Shown here piece after piece: positions 9,805 to 16,727 of a stretch of 24,294 nucleotides of DNA. The notes beneath the pieces are model-generated. The model worked only from the letters and a program-made list of their open reading frames with translations, did not search any database and was not told where the DNA came from. Both the position numbers and the translations under genes were made by a program. Every line of letters starts with the position of its first letter. Positions within the stretch are counted from its first letter, which is position 1. Origin of the DNA: Bdellovibrionota bacterium (GTDB lineage: Bacteria; Bdellovibrionota_C; UBA2361; OMII01); contig JBIJBE010000049.1 in assembly GCA_044345405.1 (NCBI GenBank), positions 1 through 24,294 on the forward strand, read 5' to 3'.

Positions 9805-10626
9805 ATGGTGAGTAACGAGAACCTCACAGTAGGGATTATCGGTGGAGAGGGACAGCTTGGACGGTGGTGCGCCGAGATCTTTGCGAAACGGGCTTATCCT
9901 CTTCTGATTGCTGACCAGGAGACGGAGCTCACGAATCTTGAACTTGTCGCTCAAGCATCGATCGTCGTGGTGAGCGTCCCGATCGGGGTTACGGGGCCCG
10001 TGTTACGGGAGATTCAGGGGAGCCTTCGCCCAGACCAATTGGTGGTGGACCTCACCTCGGTGAAGACCCCGTTCGTGCCGATCATGGAGGGGTCGAAAGC
10101 TGAGGTGCTCTCCGTGCATCCGATGTTCGCGCCGAGCCTCTCTTCGAAGAGCGGACAGACCTGCATCTCGTGTGATGTCAGGGGAGGTGCGCTTGCTGAG
10201 ACCTTCCTACAGGTTTTGCGGGACGAGGGGTTGCGCGTGGTCCCGATGACACCAGAGGCGCACGACCGAATGATGGCGGTCGTTCAGGGGCTGACTCACT
10301 TTCAAGCGATAGCGGCGGCTCACTGCATGGCAGAGCTAAACTTCGACCCCGGAGCGAGCCTTGAGAGCGCAAGTCCGGTATACAGACTCCGATTGGCGAT
10401 GATCGGAAGGATCCTGGCACAGAATCCAAGACTGTACGCGGAGATTCAGATCTTCAACCCCTTTGTGCGAGAGGTGCTTGAGCAGCTTCAGAGATCCCAC
10501 GAGCGATTGATGGGATTCGTTATCGCGCGAGATGTGGATGGATTCGCGGCGGAGTTTGAGCGGGTGAGGGAGAGGCTCGGCTCCTTTACCTCGGAGTCCC
10601 TCCAGGAGCTCTCAAGAGTTGTGTGA
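9805..10626 (+). CDS. tyrA: Prephenate/arogenate dehydrogenase (monofunctional)
   Basis: GIIGGEGQLG Rossmann motif, DLTSVK, HPMFAP, HDRMMAVVQGLTHF and QNPRLYAEIQ. Start uncertain (9781 or 9805). Confidence 0.9.
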   Translation: MVSNENLTVGIIGGEGQLGRWCAEIFAKRAYPLLIADQETELTNLELVAQASIVVVSVPIGVTGPVLREIQGSLRPDQLVVDLTSVKTPFVPIMEGSKAEVLSVHPMFAPSLSSKSGQTCISCDVRGGALAETFLQVLRDEGLRVVPMTPEAHDRMMAVVQGLTHFQAIAAAHCMAELNFDPGASLESASPVYRLRLAMIGRILAQNPRLYAEIQIFNPFVREVLEQLQRSHERLMGFVIARDVDGFAAEFERVRERLGSFTSESLQELSRVV

Positions 10627-10787
10627 CAGCTCTCCTGTCCTGTTGTGAGGAGTTCGTAATAGATAGCGGCTGCATTTTTCTCCAATTCCCTTCCTCGTTA
10701 CCCAAAGATTTTTCTTAGTTACGCCTCCGAGCCTGGTACTCTTGAAGAAGCAGATACTTTTTCGCGTTCGCATAGGATTTCGCTCCG

Positions 10788-11270
10788 ATGGTTGCTTTGG
10801 CCGATGTCGTTCAAGTTGCTGACCGCGTTCAAAAGGCGGTGGATGTCGCGTTGCCCCAACTTCAGTCTACCCTACCACACCTTGAACAAACTGGCCGAGA
10901 AGCCCTGCGTCGCTCAATCGCTGACGCCGCGGCTACCGCGCAACGCTCTGCATCCTCCTCGATGGCGCTTAGTTCCGACATCAGTGTCGATCTCGTTATC
11001 GCGAGGGTCGATCCAACCGCCGCTTTAGATCCCCCCACTTTCTCAGTAGAGGGCGCAAAGGGACATCCTTGGATTAAAGAGGACCTGGCTCATCTCTCTC
11101 ACGCCACGACCGAAAAGGATCGGTACGACCGCGAGCATGGACGAGGATCTCACCACCCGTTTATAAACCCAGTGCCTCAACAGGGCATCGTACCGTGGGC
11201 TAACCCTGAGCCGCCGATGATGCGTGATGGCGCACAGACGCAGAGTCGACATCCGATGATGAGGTTCTGA
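10788..11270 (+). CDS. Hypothetical protein (160 aa; helical N-terminus, Pro/His-rich C-terminus)
   Basis: Longest ORF in the gap, with AGGA upstream of the ATG and a hairpin after the stop. No recognisable motif. Confidence 0.6.
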   Translation: MVALADVVQVADRVQKAVDVALPQLQSTLPHLEQTGREALRRSIADAAATAQRSASSSMALSSDISVDLVIARVDPTAALDPPTFSVEGAKGHPWIKEDLAHLSHATTEKDRYDREHGRGSHHPFINPVPQQGIVPWANPEPPMMRDGAQTQSRHPMMRF

Positions 11271-11272
11271 AA

Positions 11273-11297
11273 ACCTGCCTGACGCATGCAGGATTTT
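11273..11297 (+). terminator. Possible intrinsic terminator
   Basis: CCTGC...GCAGG stem followed by ATTTT, directly after the 11270 stop. The stem is short. Confidence 0.3.
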
Positions 11298-11458
11298 GGA
11301 AACTCAAAGAATCTCGTACATCAATAGTTTATTTGCGTGGGTCTGGTGAGGCTGCCCTGGTGGCGGGGCGTTACGTTCCTTAAAACCGGGCACCTGATGG
11401 AGAAACGCGCTAGAATCTCAAGCGTTGAAGCTTTTGGATCGTCCATACTACTGTGGGA

Positions 11459-11749
11459 ATGTATCATCACAGAACTCCACAACGTGGCGCTAGCTTGGTG
11501 GAAACCACCCTTTCCATGGTGTTGGTAGCGTTGGTGACCTTCACGGCAATCCAACGTTATAGCGCTACAATATCCGCCATCCTGGCCCGAGACGTGGTGC
11601 ATGTGCTTAATCCAGGGGTTGCAGGCACTAATGCCGGAGAAACTAAACTTTTGAATCCGGTTCCTGTAGTCGCGCAGCCGCCACAACTTATTGGAGGAGC
11701 CTCGCCGGTGGGCGGAGTTCCCAATATCGAACCAGCTAGGATACGCTAA
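11459..11749 (+). CDS. Flp/TadE-like prepilin (copy 1)
   Basis: Class III signal QRG|ASLVE followed by a hydrophobic helix and a Pro/Gly-rich tail; paralogue of 12156-12464. Confidence 0.8.
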   Translation: MYHHRTPQRGASLVETTLSMVLVALVTFTAIQRYSATISAILARDVVHVLNPGVAGTNAGETKLLNPVPVVAQPPQLIGGASPVGGVPNIEPARIR

Positions 11750-11784
11750 CAGGCCGATGCCAACACGTCTCTGTCACGGGGAAA

Positions 11785-11979
11785 TCACCAATCGTCCCAC
11801 GGAATAACTTCCGCTCGATTCGTAAGGAGGGTAGAAGAGACCCGCTCGAGAAGAAGGGTGCAACGCCGCCTCCTTCTTGCTCGGTTCGCCGCGATCCCGA
11901 GCGCTCTTTTTAATCCGACGAGGATAAGGAGCCTCTTTGCGCGGGTTACGCCGGTGTAGACGAGTTGACGCGCCAGCAG
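11785..11979 (-). pseudogene. Orphan duplicate of the recD2 3' end (~64 codons, no start codon seen)
   Basis: Translates LLARQLVYTGVTRAKRLLILVGLKRALGIAANRARRRRRCTLLLERVSSTLLTNRAEVIPWDDW*, versus recD2 LLERQLVYTGVTRAKKLLIIVGSKRALGIAAKRAQTKRRCTLLLERISSILLPNQPELIPWNDG*. The offset is a constant 719 nt with no indels. Confidence 0.9.
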
Positions 11980-12155
11980 GGAAGGGTACCTCGAGCATCG
12001 TGGTAAGAGGATAGGAGCTTGTTGGCATCTCCGTCGTGCTCTCAGCGAACCTCTTAGGAAAGTCTCGTACTACAGGGCTAGTTATATAAATATCGCCCCA
12101 TATGCTTCAGTAATGACGTATAATGTCCGAAAGGACTGCAAGGACTACATTATCC

Positions 12156-12464
12156 ATGCGCAACAAAAGGTCAAACCAACGTGGTGCTAGCCTTATAGAG
12201 ACGGCTTTATCCGTGGCTCTAGTTGCGGTGACATCTATCGCCGCGCTCTCCCAATTTGGCGCAACCATACGAAATAAAATTCAGCAAGAACTCGTCGTGT
12301 CACTCGGTGGAAAGGGTGCGAGCATGACCGCGGGCGTTCCACATAACGACAGGCCGCCCGGTTCAACGAATCCGGTTCTTGGTGTCGCGCAGCCACTACC
12401 CTTAAGTGGAGGCCACTACCCCGTCGGTGGTGTCCCAAGTAACGGCCCTCTTAGGGTACGGTAA
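12156..12464 (+). CDS. Flp/TadE-like prepilin (copy 2)
   Basis: MRNKRSNQRG|ASLIE plus a hydrophobic helix; AAGGA RBS upstream of ATG 12156; shares the NPV..VAQP..L.GG..PVGGVP tail with copy 1. Confidence 0.82.
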   Translation: MRNKRSNQRGASLIETALSVALVAVTSIAALSQFGATIRNKIQQELVVSLGGKGASMTAGVPHNDRPPGSTNPVLGVAQPLPLSGGHYPVGGVPSNGPLRVR

Positions 12465-12503
12465 GTTTACACCTACACCGTCACGACCCGTCCAGGCGAT
12501 CAA

Positions 12504-14747
12504 TCACCCATCATTCCAAGGTATAAGCTCCGGCTGATTCGGAAGCAGAATCGAGGAGATTCGTTCTAAAAGCAGTGTGCACCGCCGCTTCGTCTGCGCG
12601 CGTTTCGCCGCGATCCCGAGCGCTCGTTTTGATCCGACGATGATAAGGAGCTTCTTCGCGCGGGTTACGCCGGTGTAGACGAGTTGACGTTCAAGAAGCG
12701 TAAAGTGCGAATTATCGATGGCGAAGACGACACACGGAACTTCCATACCTTGAGATCGGTGCACGGTGACGGCATACGCTAAGGAGAGCTGTCCGATCTC
12801 ACCCCGTGGGTATTCGATAAGGCGTCCATCCCACAGCTCGACGGTGAGTCGTTGCTCCTCACGATCAACGCGGTAGACCGTGCCCATGTCGCCGTTAAAC
12901 ACGCCGGAGGGATCGATCTTGTAGTTGTTAACCCGTTGGCATACACGGTCGCCAACCCGGAAGGTCATGTCACCTATCTCAAGGATCTCATCCTCGGTGT
13001 GGGAGGCTCGTGGATTGAGCTTCTCCTGGATCCGTTTGTTAAGTTCTATCGTTCCGACGGGCCCCCGATTCGATGGGGTGAGTACCGCGATCTCAGCGCC
13101 AGAGAATCCGAACTTTTTCGGTATCTGATCGGCGACGAGACTCTCAATGAGGCGACCGGATTCGTCTGTGTCATCTCGTTGAATGAAGTAGGCATCAGAT
13201 TTTGTGACGCCGTCCGGCGTTGGTATCGATGGAACCTCTCCAGTATTAATCATGTAGGCGACCGAGTTGATCGCTGATTCATTCGCGCGTCTGAAGAGCT
13301 TGGAGAGCGCGACGACCCGAATGTCTTTACAGCTTACGAGGTCTCCGAATACTCGGCCCGGTCCAACCGATGGAAGTTGGTCCTTATCGCCCACGAGGAT
13401 AAGGATCGTTTTCTTTTGAATCGCGGCGAAGAGATCGCGCGCGAGCATGATATCGACCATCGAGGCTTCGTCGATGATGAGCGCGTCGTAGGGAAGGGGA
13501 TTACGCGCGTTGAAGATAAAGTCCGTCGTTGTGGGATCGTACTTGAGGAGTCTGTGGATAGTGCTCGCGGGGGCGGCAGTTACTTGCGACATTCGTTGAG
13601 CTGCGCGACCAGTTGGAGCCGCGAGCGCGAAGGCGAGCCCCGCTTTCTCAAAGAGTATCGTGAGCGCTTTGATGATCGTTGTTTTTCCGCACCCGGGTCC
13701 GCCGGTGATAATCAACAACGGATAGTTCGCCGCTGACTCAACCGCGACCTGTTGCTCGGGCGAGAGCGAGATACCGAGGCTCTTTTGCGCCTCTTCGATA
13801 CACCGCGCTACGGCATCGCCACCGAGCGCTGGATGCGCGCGTGGCTCGGTGCGTTCGGCGATGAAGCGAGCGACCGCGTCCTCGGCGCGGTCGAAGTGGT
13901 TGAGGAAGATCCCATCGCCGTACGAGGTTAGGTTCCCCTCGGAGAGGAGGTTATCGAGGTGGTCTCCCAGATTGTGCGTCTCGTCGATACCGAGAAGGCT
14001 GCGCGCTCGGTCGAGGAGTATCTGTCGGGTGAGGTAGCAGTGCCCCTCATCAGAGGCGTCCTCTAAGGCGTACCAAATTCCTGCTCGCAATCGTTTTGCG
14101 CCGTGCGGACTCATGCCGAGATTGAGGGCTATTGTGTCAGCGGTTTGAAATCCTATACCACGAATATCTCGCGCGAGGGTGTACGGATCGTTCGTAATGG
14201 TATCGATCGTTTTGCCCTTGTATCGCTCGTAGATCTTGGCGGAGAGGTTAGGGGAGATGCGATGTTCAACGAGAAATCGAAGGATGCGATCGAATTCAGT
14301 CTGCGCGGCGAGAGCGCTCTGTAAGAGCTCCGCTTTCTTTTTGCCAACGCCAGCGAGCTTCGCGACCTTGTCGGGTTCCGTTCGAATGACGTCGAGAGCC
14401 GCGCTGCCGAACTCCTTGACGATCCTCTCGGCGGTTTTTTTGCCGATGCCGTTGATGAGTCCACTCGAGAGGTAGCGTTCGATCCCCTCGGCTGTTGATG
14501 GTTGCGTTTCGATCAGCGACTGCAGGGTGAACTGCTTACCGAACTTCGGATGTACAATAAACGTTCCCGTCATCGTGACGTACGATCCCACTCGGGCATT
14601 GGGACACATGCCGACAACGGTCACTCGTTCGGGAGGGTGATCAAGGGTGACCTGGATCACTGAGTATCCGTTCTGAGCGTTTCGAAAGGTGACGCGATCA
14701 ACGGTCCCGTGCAGGGTCTCAGGTTGTTGCGTCTGTTCGCTACTCAT
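12504..14747 (-). CDS. recD2: ATP-dependent RecD-like SF1B DNA helicase
   Basis: N-terminal OB/HhH region (GIGKKTA, GIGFQTAD), Walker A GGPGCGKTT, IIDEASMVD, GDKDQLPSVGPG, AYAVTVHRSQG and YTGVTRAK. Confidence 0.95.
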   Translation of the reverse strand: MSSEQTQQPETLHGTVDRVTFRNAQNGYSVIQVTLDHPPERVTVVGMCPNARVGSYVTMTGTFIVHPKFGKQFTLQSLIETQPSTAEGIERYLSSGLINGIGKKTAERIVKEFGSAALDVIRTEPDKVAKLAGVGKKKAELLQSALAAQTEFDRILRFLVEHRISPNLSAKIYERYKGKTIDTITNDPYTLARDIRGIGFQTADTIALNLGMSPHGAKRLRAGIWYALEDASDEGHCYLTRQILLDRARSLLGIDETHNLGDHLDNLLSEGNLTSYGDGIFLNHFDRAEDAVARFIAERTEPRAHPALGGDAVARCIEEAQKSLGISLSPEQQVAVESAANYPLLIITGGPGCGKTTIIKALTILFEKAGLAFALAAPTGRAAQRMSQVTAAPASTIHRLLKYDPTTTDFIFNARNPLPYDALIIDEASMVDIMLARDLFAAIQKKTILILVGDKDQLPSVGPGRVFGDLVSCKDIRVVALSKLFRRANESAINSVAYMINTGEVPSIPTPDGVTKSDAYFIQRDDTDESGRLIESLVADQIPKKFGFSGAEIAVLTPSNRGPVGTIELNKRIQEKLNPRASHTEDEILEIGDMTFRVGDRVCQRVNNYKIDPSGVFNGDMGTVYRVDREEQRLTVELWDGRLIEYPRGEIGQLSLAYAVTVHRSQGMEVPCVVFAIDNSHFTLLERQLVYTGVTRAKKLLIIVGSKRALGIAAKRAQTKRRCTLLLERISSILLPNQPELIPWNDG

Positions 14748-15313
14748 TAGTCTAGCTTCTTAAGACCGTGCCACCAGCTCGACGAAGATACGTTCGGAAG
14801 CTCCTCAAGAAGAGCTTTCGCTGATTTTGTCTTGAGACGTTGCCGCGCCGCTTCGAACCACTCGGACGCGTCGTCGTAGCCACGCTCCATATACTCCCTC
14901 GCGCGAACCGCGAGCTCCAAGAGGTCGGCGTCCTTCGCGATGATACCGGCCTCGGTATTCTTGTCCTCTATTTGATGCCAGAGGGAGAGTATGTCGTCAC
15001 CCGCGGCGCCGAGGCGCGATACCTGCTCTCGAACGGCGGTGGCTTCATCGGCAGTGACATATCTATTGGCGAGTTTGTGAATGTCGCCGATTCGGGTCTC
15101 TCCGATATCGTGAAAAACGAGCATGGCGGCCACCTCGTTAGGGTCTTTGTACCCCTCGAGCTTGGCTAAGACCCATCCGATCTGAGCCGCCCGTAGGGAG
15201 TGATCGGCTATGCTTTCCGGGGTCTCCATCCCCAACAGGCGCCATCCCTCCCGCTTAACCCGTGATAATTGGCCCATCTCGTAGAAAAACTTAAGGATCT
15301 CTTTTGATTGCAT
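14747..15313 (-). CDS. HD-domain hydrolase (YfbR/HDDC2-like 5'-deoxynucleotidase)
   Basis: KREGW, ESIADHS, FHDIGETRIGD and KDADLLE motifs. Its stop overlaps the recD2 ATG by 1 nt (TAATG). Start placed at ATG 15313. Confidence 0.88.
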   Translation of the reverse strand: MQSKEILKFFYEMGQLSRVKREGWRLLGMETPESIADHSLRAAQIGWVLAKLEGYKDPNEVAAMLVFHDIGETRIGDIHKLANRYVTADEATAVREQVSRLGAAGDDILSLWHQIEDKNTEAGIIAKDADLLELAVRAREYMERGYDDASEWFEAARQRLKTKSAKALLEELPNVSSSSWWHGLKKLD

Positions 15314-15380
15314 ACCGGGGAAGGTAGCAGATGCCGGCGGGGTCAACCAAGGACTTCTTATAGATATAGACCTGGAAATC

Positions 15381-15409
15381 TTGATCTGATTCTCAACTTG
15401 GCGTATTTT
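15381..15409 (+). promoter_or_regulatory. Putative sigma70 promoter of tRNA-Lys
   Basis: TTGATC-17 nt-TATTTT, ending about 20 nt upstream of the tRNA. Confidence 0.5.
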
Positions 15410-15430
15410 CCTCCCTCAGTTCATGAGTGT

Positions 15431-15506
15431 GCGCTAGTAGCTCAGCTGGTAGAGCAGGAGACTCTTAATCTCTTGGTCCGGGGTTCGAATCCCTGCTGGC
15501 GCACCA
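15431..15506 (+). tRNA. tRNA-Lys (anticodon CTT)
   Basis: 76 nt. Acceptor stem GCGCTAG/CTGGCGC, D arm GCTCAGCTGGTAGAGC, anticodon loop CT-CTT-AA, T loop GTTCGAATC and encoded CCA. Confidence 0.97.
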
Positions 15507-15521
15507 TTTTTTCTCTATCAA

Positions 15522-15713
15522 AACTTGGCGGAGCCAAGATTTTGATGACGACCAGGGAGGGCCCTGGACCCCAGCGACATTTCATTTCTATTCCAACTTG
15601 GCGGAGCCAAGATTCGAATGCTTGTCCGCCGTCTTGTCCTCCGAAGCCCCCAAGGGGCGAAGTGAGGAAGCTTTAGCGAAGGCGGAACGACCAGGGAGGG
15701 CCCTGGACCCCCA
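15522..15713. repeat. Tandem pair of a ~52-nt double-hairpin unit; the second copy is interrupted by a 66-nt nested palindromic insertion
   Basis: AACTTGGCGGAGCCAAGATT...ACGACCAGGGAGGGCCCTGGACCCC occurs at 15522 and 15595. Hairpins are CTTGGC/GCCAAG and CCAGGG/CCCTGG. Confidence 0.85.
15621..15686 (+). repeat. CTTG-headed REP-like palindrome with a second family member nested inside it (15633-15668)
   Basis: Outer element after removing the nested part is CTTGTCCGCCGTAGCTTTAGCGAAGGCGGA. Inner element is CTTGTCCTCCGAAGCCCCCAAGGGGCGAAGTGAGGA. Confidence 0.75.
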
Positions 15714-15769
15714 CGCAATCCAATTTTCGGCAATGTTCGCTGGCCAGGTGTTCGTTTCTCATGGGTATT

Positions 15770-15903
15770 TGACCCGGCACTCGGGAGGGCGGTCATTCCT
15801 GACCGCCGCGTTGCGTGCGGCAACGGGTGTTTGCCGTGCGATACATTCCGGCGACCAGCCTGTCCCGAGCGTTGCCGAGGGAGGACGGTCGCCCTCCCGC
15901 TGT
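15770..15903. repeat. REPIN-like element, copy 1 (134 nt)
   Basis: Inverted ends CGGGAGGGCG...CGCCCTCCCG; internal hairpin GGCGGTCA-TTCC-TGACCGCC; near-identical to 15943-16106. Confidence 0.8.
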
Positions 15904-15942
15904 GCAAATACGGGATGGAATCATGTGAAATAATGGACCTAA

Positions 15943-16106
15943 TGACCCGGCACTCGGGAGGGCGGTCAGCTTGCCTCGACGTTGCGTAGCGAAGGCGGGT
16001 CCTGACCGCCGCGTTGCGTGCGGCGACGGGTGTTTGCCGAGCGATACATTCCGGCGACCAGCCTGTCCCGAGCGTTGCTGACCGGGGACGGTCGCCCTCC
16101 CGTTGT
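15943..16106. repeat. REPIN-like element, copy 2 (164 nt, includes a 30-nt insertion at 15970-15999)
   Basis: Direct repeat of 15770-15903 with CTTGCCTCGACGTTGCGTAGCGAAGGCGGG inserted in the hairpin loop. Confidence 0.8.
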
Positions 16107-16135
16107 ACCGATTCGAACATGGAACGGGGAGGGGA

Positions 16136-16570
16136 CTACCGCCCCCCATCCCCCCGCGCCAACTCCATAAACAACTTCGGTTGGCTGACGATATCTTTGT
16201 CAAAGACGATCTTGGGGACGGAGCGGGAGCCGTCGATCTCGACGGCTCGGCGAAAGAGCTCTCCCGCCGCGGGGTTTTTCTCTACGTCGAGGGTGAGGTG
16301 GGGGATGTTGTCGGTCGTCAATCTATATTCCAGCTGCTTGCACGCCGGGCACCACTCGGTTCCGAGGACAATGATCCGTGTTGAGGATGGCGCTCCCGCG
16401 GCGGAGAGGAATCGAGCGCGCTCCTCTTCGGTCGCGAAGAGCTGTTTCGGTGTCATCGCTCGCCATCCCCACATGGCGATGAAGATCGCGACCAGGATTG
16501 CAACCGTGTTTCGATGGAGAAACTCGATCGACCTGCCGAACGTGGTTGGGGGACGTGCTGATGCTCTCAT
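16136..16570 (-). CDS. Membrane-anchored glutaredoxin/NrdH-like protein
   Basis: N-terminal TM segment (VAILVAIFIAMWGW), WCPAC redox motif and SVP cis-Pro motif. Start placed at ATG 16570 rather than 16729. Confidence 0.8.
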   Translation of the reverse strand: MRASARPPTTFGRSIEFLHRNTVAILVAIFIAMWGWRAMTPKQLFATEEERARFLSAAGAPSSTRIIVLGTEWCPACKQLEYRLTTDNIPHLTLDVEKNPAAGELFRRAVEIDGSRSVPKIVFDKDIVSQPKLFMELARGDGGR

Positions 16571-16727
16571 GAGAACTGAAATCTTAAGAACCTTTCCGAA
16601 GCGTATCGCGAGAACCATTTTGAGGGGAGTGTCAATCTGTCCTGAAGTGCTTTTGAAGAAATTTCTTCTATCATTACGCGAAGATTCCTCCTTTCGAGAA
16701 TCAAAGTGAGCCTCTATAGTTTCGCGC

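Noticed and set aside
11742-11785. GCTAAC at the pilin-1 stop resembling an attC left end
   Set aside because: No complementary GTTRRRY right end or attC-style hairpin follows; the sequence runs into the recD2 remnant.
11774-12028. 84-aa minus-strand ORF between the pilins
   Set aside because: It is an out-of-frame reading over the recD2 remnant; the homology lies in another frame.
11312-12070. Shared TCTCGTAC upstream of both pilin genes (11312 and 12063)
   Set aside because: An 8-nt match at different distances from the starts is too weak to call a regulatory site, though it may be a relic of the duplication.
15522-16106. Possible CRISPR array
   Set aside because: Only two copies per repeat type, irregular lengths, no unique-spacer periodicity and no cas genes.
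15308-16203. Several 110-200-aa ORFs after the HD gene
   Set aside because: They overlap the tRNA and GC-rich palindromic repeats, and their repeated peptides just mirror the DNA repeats.
16014-16709. 231-aa plus-strand ORF
   Set aside because: It begins in a repeat and is antisense to the glutaredoxin-like gene, with no recognisable motifs.
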